DNA of 63,217 bases, the filler included, from Sphacelaria rigidula (lineage: Eukaryota): NCBI GenBank assembly GCA_964200075.2. It is 10 parts of 10 records of this genome, joined end to end, with 100 filler letters (N's around TTAATTAATTAA, not from the genome) between each part and the next. Parts side by side here need not be neighbours in the genome. Positions count along the whole stretch, not along the records: positions 50,656 to 56,886 come from CAXNAA020021356.1; positions 56,987 to 63,217 come from CAXNAA020021357.1; 8 more parts are not named here. One strand, given 5' to 3'. The notes under the pieces were generated by a model. The model ran no database searches, was not told where the DNA came from, and saw nothing but the letters and a program-made list of their open reading frames with translations. The translations under genes were made by a program, and so were the position numbers. This document shows positions 51,077 through 63,217 of the stretch, in pieces. Position 1 is the stretch's first letter, and each line of letters opens with the position of its first letter.

Positions 51077-52469
51077 GTGAGCAAAAGCAACTCGGTGGAG
51101 GTCTGCCGGAGAAAGCACACAAATCATACGTACGCATGCAGCGCGGATACCGGCTAACTTGTCATAACGACGGATAAAACAGTACCTTCGGGTTTTTTGT
51201 GTTGTTTGCGGCATCTCTCTCTCCCTCTATATATATATATATGTATGTATATATATGTGTGTGTACGAAGTATGATCCTGTACTGTCGTGTTGCATAAAA
51301 TGAGAACAGGTTACCGATTGCTATGATCGTCCGCCCCACATTATTAACTGATCCGTAACGAATGTACCCGTGGTCACACGATATACCATCGCGTCAACAA
51401 CCGAGCAAGTGGAAAGGTGGAAGTAATGCTCTGAGAGAGGCAGAAACGACGTGTCCAAGCTATCTTATCTTATCCTAGGCCTTTACCCGGTAAAGTATTT
51501 CGAACGCTGTTGTGTACACCTGACATGAATATATATCTAAAACACGTATTTTGTTGTGTGTTTCCGGGGTGGGTACACTTTTGGGAGAAACGTTTCAAGC
51601 ACGGCCTTGTGAAGCTGCACACGAGAGGAAGCAACGGGAGCTTTCGCTTTTTTTTTTCAAAGCGCAGAACCTTCGGTTGAAGTTTAACCGTTGAGATTTG
51701 TTGTACAGCGAAGGCATACGATACAAACAACAACTGCCTGCGTCCTGTCCCGACTTCTTCCGATTCGAAGAAAGAAATTTGGCAGCAATAACCCCGGAAA
51801 TACTTCTGTAGTACCCGTCTGCCGCAACCTGCCCTGTGATCATTAGCTCTATAAATGTGGCACAGGCGTATCGACCGCATCACCTGTCGATAGAGAAGCT
51901 TGACAACGTTGAGCTAGTGAGGAATGGCCGCGCGTTACCCAAGACGAGCCCGATTGAAGCGACATGAGAACGCTGCTCCCAGGGAAGACTGGTCATCTCG
52001 CGTACTATGTGCTGTGTGGGTGCTCTCGTCGTACGGCCTGGCTTCGTGGATGTACTGGGTAGTGTGGGGCGCGCGCGCGCGCACACACACACACACGCAC
52101 AGGTTAACAGTCCTAGAGGGAGAGGGAGTCTCTCAGTGGGGACCAGACAGCCAGCAAGCTGATGGTCGTGGATAATGACCCCCAGTGGATGTTGTTCAGG
52201 AGGCCGGCATTACGGAATAACGGGAACGTAAAGAAAGTGCTCTTCACATTGTGATGAACAATAACTCTTCCGTTTGCGGAGCTTTTGAGATCGATCCTGG
52301 AGAATCATTCGTACATGAATCTCAAACCGAGTCACAATGCGTTCGCATCTGATCGGCTCCAGCGTAATTTGGACTACACTGGAAAATTACCGGTTCGCTA
52401 TCTCAGGGGCGTACTTTTTTGCGTCTGAGCATCCACGAGACGGAGTAGCACGCTTGCTCTCGCGCACTT

Positions 52470-52812
52470 TTTTTAATTTAATTTTGCACATCTTGTACCC
52501 CCTCCGCTCCCTCGAGACGAGTACGTGTGGTCTGAAGGGGTCGATCCACCTGTCCCCCGGTATTGTATATGCCTTCACAATTTTTGGCATCGCGGATTGG
52601 ATGATGACCATCAGCACTCCCTCACCCCACGTCGAATCTCCATACATCCTGAAAGCTATTTTTTTCGCACTCACGTTCCCGATATGTTAACGACAGAACT
52701 GCATGCTGCTGTTCAGAAGAAAAAAAAAAGTTTATCTGCCGTGAATCGAACTCCCACTATTTCCGGCCGCATAGTTTCTTTTCTACTATTTGAAATATGA
52801 GACCACCGGAGC
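52470..52812 (-). mobile_element. tRNA-derived SINE family 2, diverged
   Basis: B box GAGTTCGATTC on the minus strand near 52742. Body homologous to 46780-47080. Confidence 0.6.
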
Positions 52813-53427
52813 GCGGCGGAATTGCACACACGACAATAAAGTAAAAGCTAACATTTTTGTGTTTCTTTCTATATGGTACTGTCTGGACAGAGCCGAGCGT
52901 TCTCTTTGTTCACTTCAGTTTTCGTTTTATGCACGCCACCAACATGGCAAAGTATGGTGTGTTTCGAAAGCCTCTTCCGTCATTGCGTGCGTTAGACGGT
53001 TGGAGATGAAGGGAGTGATGAGTTTTTCTTTCCTCCTCTTGGTTCTGTTTCTGTATCGTCGCGTTCGCGTTACGATAGTCTTTGCTCATGGACAATTCTT
53101 GACACAATCAACGCGGGGCTTTGCGTTGAAAACGATCAATCAAGCCAGCTATTCTATCAATAGTGTTTGCTCAGGCTTCACGTGAGCTCTGCAAGTGCGT
53201 CAAACCCCCTTTTCGTTTTTGCCTCAATCGGTTGTTGTTGTTGTTGTTGCTGTCGTTTTGTGAAGCCTTCAATATTTCTTCTTGTTTGTTTCCACCCCCC
53301 CTTTCTGCAATGTCTTCGATACCCGCTGTGTCGCGCTTCCAACTTATTTTTCCGTCTCGCATTTATTGGTATAACAGTACCGTTTTCTTTTCTTATTTTC
53401 CTCCATGTTATTTTGCCTTCTGGACAG

Positions 53428-53491
53428 CGGCCTTCGAAGCGACGCTCTGGCTCTGCTGCTGTCTCACGCGAACGTCTTCGCTGGATGCCAG
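53428..53491 (+). CDS. TRM6: Exon of TRM6/GCD10
   Basis: cag|...|gtgtgc. (C)GLRSDALALLLSHANVFAGCQ matches the Gcd10 LRxDxLxxxLxxxNV motif. Confidence 0.7.
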
Positions 53492-53893
53492 GTGTGCTAA
53501 GTGCTAAATCATCCGTGAAATGTCTTAGGAGACAGCCTTCATATTGTTTCGTGCTGAAAGTTGGCAAAGCGGTGCACACTATACTATACTGTGTACCATT
53601 TTATACTGCAATGAGCGTTTCTTCTCTTTTATTTTATTTTTTCAGATGTATGCGCAAATCACGGTGTCAGGCTGTACATTAAATATTCAGCAATCGTTGG
53701 CAACTACGATGTTCGCAGGGAGGTAGGATAGGTCTCGGCTTCCACATATATAACAGTGTCGAATTTTCGACTGTTTACAAATGTTTCGAACGTGCTTTGC
53801 CTTCTATTTACAGGATTGAAGGCTTAGGTAGGTGGGAGAGCAGTGAAATGAACCAGACTTGAAATTGCTGGGTCATTATCCAAACCACTGTCT

Positions 53894-54190
53894 AGCCGGT
53901 CGCTCCCGTGGCTCAGTTGGTAACCTCGAAACCTTTTGACGGTTGGGCCGTGGGCTCGAATCTCGGAGTGATGTCGGATTTTTCCTCACATAACGGTCGA
54001 CGAGGGAAAGGGACCGCTGAACCCCTCTCGCGATGAAAACCAAAGGCAAGCAGCGCAGAAGGAAGGTGGAGAACTAAGACAGAAGAAAAAACTCCGGCGT
54101 TGGCCTTCCTCCCGTGTGACCCCGGCTGGTGCGCCCACGTATACTGAAAGGTGTAGACCGACGTCCAGAATGAATGGGATGACAACACAC
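53894..54190 (+). mobile_element. tRNA-derived SINE family 1 with internal deletion
   Basis: A box TGGCTCAGTTGG at 53909. Candidate TSD CACTGTCT at 53886-53893 and 54190-54197. Confidence 0.85.
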
Positions 54191-56391
54191 ACTGTCTCGT
54201 GAGGGAGGGGTTGGTGAAAGTCACGGTAAAGTATGACTTGCGCGAGAAAATAATCTCTGTATGTAGCTTCCGCCCCCCCGCCTCTGGCATTATTGTTGTT
54301 AGTTTTGTTGTGTGTGCCGATCTTTTGCCGACGTTGTTCCGACTTGACATTCGGGAGTGGCAGTGAAAGTCATCCTCCATTTTGTTGCCCCTCTTGCTTT
54401 GTTCTTCTCCTCACTAGCGTACCACGTGGGGCTGGGGCTGGAGCTATATATACTTGTCTGTATGCTGCCACCTGGACCAGCCGTAAAACGTGTAACCCCC
54501 GGGCACACAAGAACTTTTTCAGTTTTCTGAACCAGCTCGATGTAAGCATACCGCTGTGAACTGCGTAAACAAACCTAGTTATGCAAGGCTCCGCCGCTCT
54601 TCGGTTGTCATACTTTTGGCGATGACCTGCTCCCACTGTATTGTGTACCGGGTGTGTCTCCAGTCGTGGCGTGATAATATGCTTCGAGTTTTTTTTTTTA
54701 GTAAAACGCGGCGGAATCACGCTAGACAATTACACCGCACCGAGCATGTGGCAACTTTGACACGCACAGTCAAGAGTGCACTTGTAAGGCTGCGAGGTGG
54801 CATCATCCTCGTCAGCAGCTCCATCATGGGAGAGGATCTCGGAGCCGATTGTCACACAACGAGCACAGGCACAAGTATCCACCTGGGATTGGGCTGCAGC
54901 GCTTTTTTTCTCGGTCCAATCCCCGATCGATGGTGATCGTTTTTTCTCACGGTTGGAGAAAAAAACTTGCTGACGGCGATTTTCTGCAACTGAGCCTCCA
55001 GGGAAGCAGAAAAGCGCTCTAGCTATACCGTAGGTCTTGGAGAAAAGGCCAACCCACGCTGAAGCGAACAAGACTACTTCCGCGCATTTTCGGAGCAAAC
55101 GCTCGTGCGAAAGTGCCGAAATAACTTTTTCCAACTGAAACAAGAATGGTCTGTATATGAGATTGCCTCAACGACGGAACCCAGATTCAGCCAAAAAAAA
55201 TGGTGACGTCGGGGTTTGATCTCGTGACCTCCGTAACTGGAGTCTCCTCTATCACTGACACCACCCGGGCACAGCGATGTCACACAAAAGACTGCACACG
55301 TAGCCCAATTTTACGAGTTCTGAGCCGAACTTTAGCGAGGATCTCCTGCACGCGAGTTGAAAGTTCGTGACCGAAGCAACTTCCTTTTTTGTTTCTTTCA
55401 TGGAGTTGTGATATTTTCTTTTTTTTTGCTGAAATTTCAAATCGCTCCGCCTTTTTTTTTTCGTGTTAATAACGCAAATATCGTGTCAAAATTTCAGCGC
55501 TTAACTCCTAATATTGAGCTGTGTATCACCTGTCAATCGCCAACAGGAACTCCCTGCTGGCCCAGCTCGTAGCTACTGCCCTTCCAAAACATGTCGGGTT
55601 TCGGTATGTGTCCGCCCGTTTTCGAGCGGGATAGATCTTGCGTGTTCGTTATTTTGTCGAAAACAAAATCATCATCCAGGAGAACAAGAACAAAATGTTG
55701 GATTGGTTGTTTCCTCTGAGTATACATAGATATATAAACAACACGCCAGACTGCGTAGAGTGGGCTGTCTCCAGCTTCCTCTGCTGATGACCGCTGTACC
55801 GTAGTCATCCTGAACCCGAGAGGTGGGGGTACACCAAGCTTGGCTTGATTTTGTTCGTCTCCATTTGGGTAAGAACGGTTTCAGACGAGTTGTGCCGGCC
55901 TGCGTAGCCTGCCCCTCGTCAATGTCGTGCTCTCTATGGGCAACATGGCGGGCTGTTGTCTGGGGATCACGAGATCCGACACATATTGTATAGGCAAGAT
56001 GGGCCTGTTTGGGGTCGTCTGTTCCACAGCACTATGGCACTATCGAAACGGCCATTCGTGATGATACGGGGTCCTCTTCTTTGATCGTTCGTGCCTGTTG
56101 TGACATCGGTTTCCGGCACGTACATACGGGTGTGTCTCTCACATACATACGTAACACACACGCACATGTACATACCCTGACTTGACTCGTGCGAAAACGT
56201 TGTTAACAAGGTATAACCCACTGACTGCGAAGTCCATGCGTCATATTCCAGTGCAGTCTCATGAAGGTACAGTATTTATCCCAAGGGGTCCTGCCAGCTG
56301 TAGTCCAGGATCTAACTCCTCGATTTTAGGTGAAGCTTTCCGTGGGTAAGCCCTGAGGTGTCTATGTCTATCGGGAGGGGGTGGGGGGGGG

Positions 56392-56483
56392 GCATACTAA
56401 TTTGTTGCTTGCCTTAGTCGTGTGACCATTGACCACGCATCCCTTTCGAGACGGAGCACCGTTCCTACTCCCAACGCTGTAAC
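56392..56483 (-). mobile_element. 5'-truncated family B insert with ~15-bp TSD
   Basis: TCTATCGGGAGGGGG (56367-56381) versus TCTGTCGGGAGGGGG (56484-56498). Confidence 0.8.
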
Positions 56484-56680
56484 TCTGTCGGGAGGGGGAG
56501 TCATCCCCGTTTCTGGGGGGAATCCCCTAGCTACCATAGATGTTGACGATAGTTCGTATAACAGTGATAAGGGGCACTACTGACTGCAGGCCAGTTTCCA
56601 TCCCTTCGATTCTAGGAGGAGTTGACTACGGCGAAGTTGTAGGACGGCGGAAGGGGAGGTTATACGCGTCTCGACGGGGG

Positions 56681-56810
56681 TATAGTCATGATCTTGCATG
56701 CCGCAGTCATATGACCGTTGACCTTGTATCCTTACAAAGCGGGGTTGGAGCACACCGGGTTTTCGCCGGACCAGGCTCGCAATCAATGATCAAGCACGAA
56801 GCGCCGTCAC
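56681..56810 (-). mobile_element. 5'-truncated family A insert
   Basis: Flanks TCGACGGGGG and TCGATGGGGG form a candidate diverged TSD. Confidence 0.75.
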
Positions 56811-57610
56811 GTGCTTTCGATGGGGGGGGGGTTCCCCTGAGATGTCGTAGATAATGGATTGTTTGAGGGAATTGATTGTCGGGGAGNNNNNNNNNNNNNN
56901 NNNNNNNNNNNNNNNNNNNNNNNNNNNNNNTTAATTAATTAANNNNNNNNNNNNNNNNNNNNNNNNNNNNNNNNNNNNNNNNNNNNCGTCTCGTTCCTCG
57001 TTGGATAGTTCACATTTTGCCACTATATGACTTCTGCTCTCTATTCCCTAGATGCAGGGGGGCACTTTCGTGCCATTGTTGTGCAGCAGCCCCGTGCCGC
57101 ACCATAATTTTGGCTAAAATCGGCGCTACAAGCGTCGATTTCAACCATGCCAGCGAACACTTTGACTGGGGCTAGGGTACTGTGTATCTCCCTTGCCCGA
57201 AAGAACACAACGTACCTTCGTTGGGGTTAGGGTTGGGGTTAGGTCACTGTGTGTGCACACCTCTTTGAATATTCAAATATGAGAAACGGCGTCCGAGATG
57301 GTGAAGTCCTCAAAAGCACGCAACTTAGTGCCCTCTCTGCTTTGTATGTGCGCGCCTCGAAACGATCTTCGGAAAAGGCACACACGCATACACACGACCA
57401 TGAAAGCCCTCTATATTGAAAAGAGATTTGCTGTGAGTTACCAACGAGCATGAACTTGATCGACACCCAAGCATACCGTTATGATGACTTGTAACTTGTT
57501 TGATCATTTCTCCATGTTACGGATGCTCTTCTGAAGCTTCATGTCATGGCGTTCATTGTAAGCTTTGTCGAAAGCCCCCTCTCTTCCCCCTCAAGCAGCA
57601 AGTGTCCTAC

Positions 57611-57800
57611 CTGCAGAGCGTACTGCCTACGAAGGACCGGGTGCTGCGCGACTCTCGTCATGTATCGCTGCAATCCCTTCATCCGCTCGGCAACGAAATC
57701 CCGGCTGCTGCTGCCCGCCCATTTCGATGGCGGCAGAGGGGGGGGCAGCACCCCCGGGATCGCTTTGAAGCACCCGTGCAGCCAGCGGAAATCGCTGAAT
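57611..57800 (-). CDS. Exon of EH-PX protein: PX domain core
   Basis: tag|A TTC AGC GAT: (RR)FSDFRWLH...PPPLPPSKW...DFVAERMKGLQRYMTRVAQHPVL. Donor CAG|GTAGGA. Confidence 0.85.
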
Positions 57801-58788
57801 CTAAATTACCGTTACATCACATGGAATGGGAGAAAAGGAAAGCGCGGCCGGGCAACACAGGACATGGTCAGAGAAGGAAGGGCGGGGGGAAACCCCCCGT
57901 TTCACTTCACACGTCTGAGAGCTCATCAGCTACCTAAAATAACAAATCGAAGACGGCTCTCAGATCATTTGCCTAAAAAAACAAAAACGTGACAGCGGGG
58001 TCTGAGAAGTCAAAACGCTACCTTCACGATACTCCCCGTGCACGGCGTCCAGCGCTGTGGGGAGAATATATAGGAAAAAGGCCCAAATGAGCTAGCTCAT
58101 GATCCGGATCAATTCAAGAAAAAAAATTAAAATTGAAGTAACTCATGGGCTGCGCGACGTATGCTGGTTTTGTGCCCAACCCCTATCCTGTGGGTCTTAG
58201 CCGGCGTGCCCCATGGATCATCCACTCGAAAAGGCACACCATATCGACGCAGACACTTCGCAGACTTGACCTTTCGAGCGCCAGACCTCACCTCAGGAAA
58301 ATATCGCCGGCTGAACTTTACCGTGCTTCAACTCCTATACGCCTTACCTGAGCTGCTTCTCCCTCCTTGCACGTCCTAACCCCACCACTTGAACCAACCC
58401 TTCCCCATGAAACCATACAGGACGCATACCTTTTATGTAGTGGTTCACGTAGCCTCCTGACTATCCAGGAGCGTAGTAAAATGCCGTTCAACCACAAGAA
58501 AGATATTTTTTCTCTACATATTTTCAGTGGTTTGCTCGAGAGGTACGTATGGCAACAGCAACGATGGGCAAACGAAAAGTAAAATCAAGCAACCGTATCT
58601 AGTGTGCGACCTTTCGACCTTCTGGACACGTGCCGTCACTAGTACCGGATGGGAGCAGAAAAAACGTATCCTTCTTGCACAACACGAAACGACACAACCG
58701 AAAACAGGTGCAGCATCAAAAGGAGAAACAACTGAAGCAATCAAAACTCCGCCACACAAGAAATACACGAAAAATACACAAAAAATAC

Positions 58789-59451
58789 CTTCGAGCAACC
58801 TCCAGCTCCCTCCTCGCGAATCCAGGCACCGACGCATTCGCCAACACCGTGTACTCCGTGTGGCTGCCGTACCCCTCCCCAACCACCCGGTGACTGTACA
58901 CCGTGATCTCCAAGCGGTACCCATCGTCCTGGTCATGTTCCACAGCAACATCACCACCCCGTCCCGCATCCTCCCAGTCATCTCCCAAGCTCCCTTCGGC
59001 ACCGCCCCTCTCCGCAGAGGTTTGTTGGGAGTTACTGGAGGAGCGGGGACACGATGCTCGTGTAGACGGAGCAAACGGGACTCCCCCGTCCAAGAAAAAA
59101 TCCGGAAATGGACGCGCCGAGCGGATCGTGCCTTGCTGCTGATGACTATGCTGCACCTGCACGTGGACAGTCTGTTGGGAATTTTGCTGCTGCTCCTGCT
59201 GCTGATGAGGTGACTGTTGGTGATGCCGGTGCGGTGGCTGGTGGCCTCCATGGGCGCCGCCTGACACCCCGCCGTTGGCTCGAACTCCATTGAGAGCCTG
59301 CTGCTGCATAGCGACCGACCCTAGCTGTGGCGCCATGGAGAAGGAAGGGTCGGTGAGCAGGTCCCGCACCGTGCACGGTCGGCCGGCCTGCGCCAGCGCT
59401 ACCAGAGCGAGCAAGACGAACCATTGAGGGCGGGCGAGGCACGCGTCCGGG
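58789..59451 (-). CDS. Exon of EH-PX protein: end of EH domain, Gln-rich linker, start of PX domain
   Basis: tag|C...AG|GTATTT, phase 2-2. PQWFVLLALVALAQ...GYGSHTEYTV...LEVARR splices to FSDF. Confidence 0.85.
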
Positions 59452-60499
59452 CTATAGGCGAGCGGACGGGAGGGGACGGGGGTGAAGGGGCCGTGTACCC
59501 AAGGCAATAGTCACAAGGGGAAAGGGGACGCAGGGGATGAGGGGGAACGGTGGTTGGGAGGGTAAGCATAAGCATCCCAAGATGACGTTCGTCAACCACG
59601 GGTTTCTTGTATAAGCGATACTGCTATGACTCCGCAAACGTCCTGCCCGGCGATATGCTTATGTGGGCCCTGGTTGTCTTCGCCGCTCTCGTACCACCCC
59701 CTCCCCCTCCCCCCCTCAATCCTCTCATCCTGTAAAGGGAATGTAAGGAGGCAGGGGCATTTTGGATATGACCTGCTCCGCCGCAGGACAAGTGGGTACA
59801 GCAAAGGCCTTTAGAAAATGTGCTCAGGTTCAAGTCCAACCCCCGCAGACGACTGTTCATAGCCTGACCAAACATGAAAACATTGGTCGGGGCAGACAGA
59901 TGAGATACCAGTGTTGCTCGGGGGGGACACGTGTATCAACGACGATGGTCCAGCACATCTCTTCTTCGTGGGCTAATGTTCTCGAAGCCGGCACGTTAAA
60001 AAAAAGCGACCTGCAGGACGGCAACGCGCCCATTTATTTGCGGTATGTAGTCCATTGTTGTATATTTTTCACACCCTGGACAGCGGGTCTGAGAGTTCTC
60101 TTCGATCGAACAGGTATTTTAGGTAGCTCATGAGTTGTCCGAGGTGTGGAGGGCTTTGAGGCCTAGACAACCATTTCTGAGCAAAAGTTACACCTGCTCG
60201 AAGGGATCTATCCCACCGAGGGGAGAAGAAGTGCGTCACCTCGAGACTTGTAAGACTACTCGTCCCGAGGAAGGCAAGGGGTTGGGAAGAGGTGAAACGG
60301 AAGAGAACAACACATACACTTGTACACCGCTCCATAAATGTGTTGACCCCCACTAAATGACACGAGCACATGACGACCGCGTGAGGCTACGTGTCACGCA
60401 CCCTTCAAACCGTCAAGACCCTTCCTTCACCCCCGCCCTTTTCCATCATGAGGTCACTCTTTAGTCCGCAGAGGGCAAATCAAGAGGATTGCTGCTCAC

Positions 60500-60678
60500 C
60501 TTCCGCCTCCTGCTTCGGACCACAATCTTTGGAGTGTCTCAGGTGGCAGGCGTGCCCTGCTGAGAAACGCGTGGCCTCCATCGACCCCGCCTACTAGTCC
60601 ATCATCGTCCGTGTCGGCGAGATCAAACAAGTACCCGAAGATAACGGTTTCCCGAGGGGTAAAGTACAAGCTCCGCCC
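60500..60678 (-). CDS. Exon of EH-PX protein: EH (Eps15-homology, EF-hand) domain
   Basis: cag|...AG|GTGAGC. FTPRETVIFGYLFDLADTDDDGLVGG...FLSRARLPPETLQRLW. Confidence 0.85.
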
Positions 60679-61449
60679 CTGCGTTCGGCCAAAAACAGAA
60701 TAGGCATGGTCGGTGCGCGGGGATGGAGACAAGCGGGCGGCGGGAGCAGAGTGATAGGTCATGACCATGCGCATCGGCACGATCTGACACTATGATCGGG
60801 ATACATACCAAGCGACACCCATACATGGTGCAAATGTTCGTGGTTGCGCCTTTGGGGTCCAGGCGAGAATGCAAGATCGATGGCGCTTAGGTCATCATCG
60901 ATTGGATGATGACAAACATATATATAGATATATGTTCATCGTATTTCAGTCAGTAACGACAATTTCATGTTATCCGTACCAACGATCGTATCGATATCAC
61001 AAACCGACAATGTTGGAACCAAACGCAAGCCATGTTATAGGGTATCTAACATGAGCGTAGACATAGATAACCAGGTAGCTTGACATATCTCAGAATCCAA
61101 CGTACGGGCTGCACTATAAGTGAACAGGCATCGTCGCGGATCTTACAGGGTGTGCTTGTGGTAAACAACGTGGGCAAGAACCAAGTAAAGTGGCGGCCCA
61201 AAGTATGAGGGGATTCTTGACCCAACTGTTTTCTTCACACATGTATATGTCTTGCTTTATTCCTTCCTTTCCCAGCCTGAGGTCTGACCTCACACCTCAC
61301 GTTCGCAACAACCTGTTCATGAACGTTCATATAATTTCACTCCTCGGGATAATCGTCGTGGTCCATTGAAGGAGAGGGAGTTGCACACGCACGAAACTAG
61401 TGTAGTATCATGACATTTTCTACGATAGCCCCCCCCCCCCCCCAGGGGG

Positions 61450-61530
61450 GGGAGTAGTGTGCTCCGTCTCGAAAGGGATGCGTGGTCAATGGTCAAATGA
61501 CTAAGGCAAGCAACAAATGAGTACGCCCCC
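61450..61530 (+). mobile_element. 5'-truncated family B insert
   Basis: Encodes APSRKGCVVNGQMTKASNK*. Flanked on both sides by C(n)AGGGGG (TSD). Confidence 0.85.
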
Positions 61531-62534
61531 CCCCAGGGGGTTGTGCCTGGTTTGGGGAGGCAAAATCTTGACTGAAATTGAAATGGAAAATGCCGAGAAC
61601 AACAAGCAGTTGGTAATTCCCACGCTTGGATTTGTTCTCTTCAATGTCGCCCATTTGAGGTGCTTCATGCAGTCTGAACCTAAACATCAAGGGTCAGGCG
61701 TTGTATGACCATTTTTTTCGTGACGCTTTTGGGCTGGTTTTTGGAGGGGGCTATCACAGAAAGTATCTCATATTCTCCGTGGTAGTATAGCGAATCAGAC
61801 TCGTAGCCAGTAATTTTGACCGCGGTGTGGTGGGACCCGGGCTGTACACGTCAAGGTCAGTAAAATTGGAATGTGCTTCTTGCACCACAGCTGTCAAAAA
61901 AAAAAGCATACTTCAGTCTTTCCCTCCGGCCTCGGCCCGAGCGCTGAGGCCGGGTTATGCTGGCTGACGGCAGCGGCCCGAGGAAAGACGTAGCAATGGC
62001 TTGTACGGAGTATCTGTGACATCTACTGTCAATCTACTTCGTACCACGCCCGTGCGGCAGCTGGGTTACTCCTCATCCCACGTCCCCCTGCTCGTGCAAG
62101 CCATACGGTGGTTATCACCCGTGATACAGTCGGTACCTTTCCCCGGCCGTAGACACGAACCGCCGTCACCGGGTATAGGCCAGCTAAGGCAGCGACCCCT
62201 GGAGAAGTACAACACTCGGCGCAACGCCTATACATGAGGATAAATTTTTGTAGTGAAATGTGGAAATTAACCAATCAGAGGCCCTTCAGTGAGCAATCGG
62301 CGGAATCTAGCGCCAATAAAATACAACCTGCGTAGTAACTTATGAAGTGAAAAATGCTTGTGATTGGCTCGCAGACTCGAGTCACACCTGAAGTGTGCGC
62401 CGGGACTGATAGAACAGCAGCAGCGAAGCGAAGCTGCAAGGAGACAAGCAGACAGCGAGTGGTACATTACCGCCACAACAGTGAATCATTGCGATGCTCG
62501 TGTATCGGTATAATCCAATCTTAGTATGGCTGGT

Positions 62535-63129
62535 TGTGTCTTTCCATGACCGCGAGCGCTACCGCCGATGCCATGCTGACGGGTGCAAGCAGTACCCTGG
62601 CGGTGCAGTATATCCGCACGGTCTGTCCTGTGCGTTGCTCCTTTCATCGGAGCACGGGGTCTGGCCCAAGCCGGTCGAGCAGTGTATACCGGCGCTCGTT
62701 GTGTCTTTACGCAGCCATGTTCGGATATCGCGCAAGTGATGGGTCCAGGTCAGATGAAGTTTTAAACAGTCAAGTGTGTATGTCGCACTGCGTTCCGACT
62801 GATGCTATATTTATTTTCTACAGAGGGACGAACACAACTATACAGCACATCAAGCAATGTCAGCGGAGACCAAACCGTGTTTGCAAGGTCTAAGCACACC
62901 AAAGAGCAGTGGTGGCTACAGCATATGAGACCGGACGTGAGCGTGTTTGTGCTGAAGTGCAGCGAAACAGGACATGCCCCATACTCTATAATACTGTAGT
63001 TCTTTGGTTGATTTCGAACGGCGTTTTCAGTGTTTGCCGGGTGTCGATCTTGAACACTCGACCATAATGGCGCTTCGCACAAATAATTTAATTCACTACA
63101 AAATAATCCGCATGTATGGGTGCTGTGCA
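62535..63129 (+). repeat. Single ~595-bp monomer of the repeat at 16565-17465 (B-A order)
   Basis: Begins at the equivalent of ~16901 and ends at the equivalent of ~16898. Confidence 0.8.
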
Positions 63130-63217
63130 GATTAACCACTTGACCATCAACATAATCTTAGACCCACTTTTATGGCAAACAAATCCTAATTTTTTTTACC
63201 CCGATTTTGAAAAATCG

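Noticed and set aside
51700..55140. Minus-strand exon-like segments at ~51889-52013 and ~55030-55135
   Set aside because: No recognisable homology, and they lie antisense within or near probable TRM6 introns.

Overview
Eukaryotic, intron-rich and repeat-rich DNA, most likely from a brown alga (inferred from GT/GC-AG introns, (TTAGGG)n tracts and the style of the genes and repeats). The window is not one locus. It is ten unplaced contigs of 6231-6233 bp, sorted by length and joined by artificial 100-nt spacers (N44-TTAATTAATTAA-N44), so nothing can be inferred across spacers. Gene pieces recovered by splicing by hand: (i) a chromatin protein with an extended-PHD finger plus a zf-4CXXC_R1 (CDCA7/JMJ-type) finger; (ii) an EH-domain + PX-domain trafficking protein; (iii) two TRM6/GCD10 exons; (iv) one glutamate-receptor-like ligand-binding exon; (v) a large Gln-rich low-complexity exon. 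Relics: a Ty1/copia RT, a multi-pass membrane-protein pseudogene, and a virus/plasmid-like Zn-ribbon + Walker A helicase fragment. The most striking pattern is a LINE-like family and a ~300-bp partner that share a 3' tail, lack poly(A), end in GAGTAC(A/G)-poly(C), and insert with 13-16 bp target duplications that start with CCC. Also present: two tRNA-derived SINE families, a TIR element filled with a palindromic ~39-bp satellite, foldback/palindromic elements and interstitial telomere repeats. All coordinates were read by eye and repeat boundaries are approximate.
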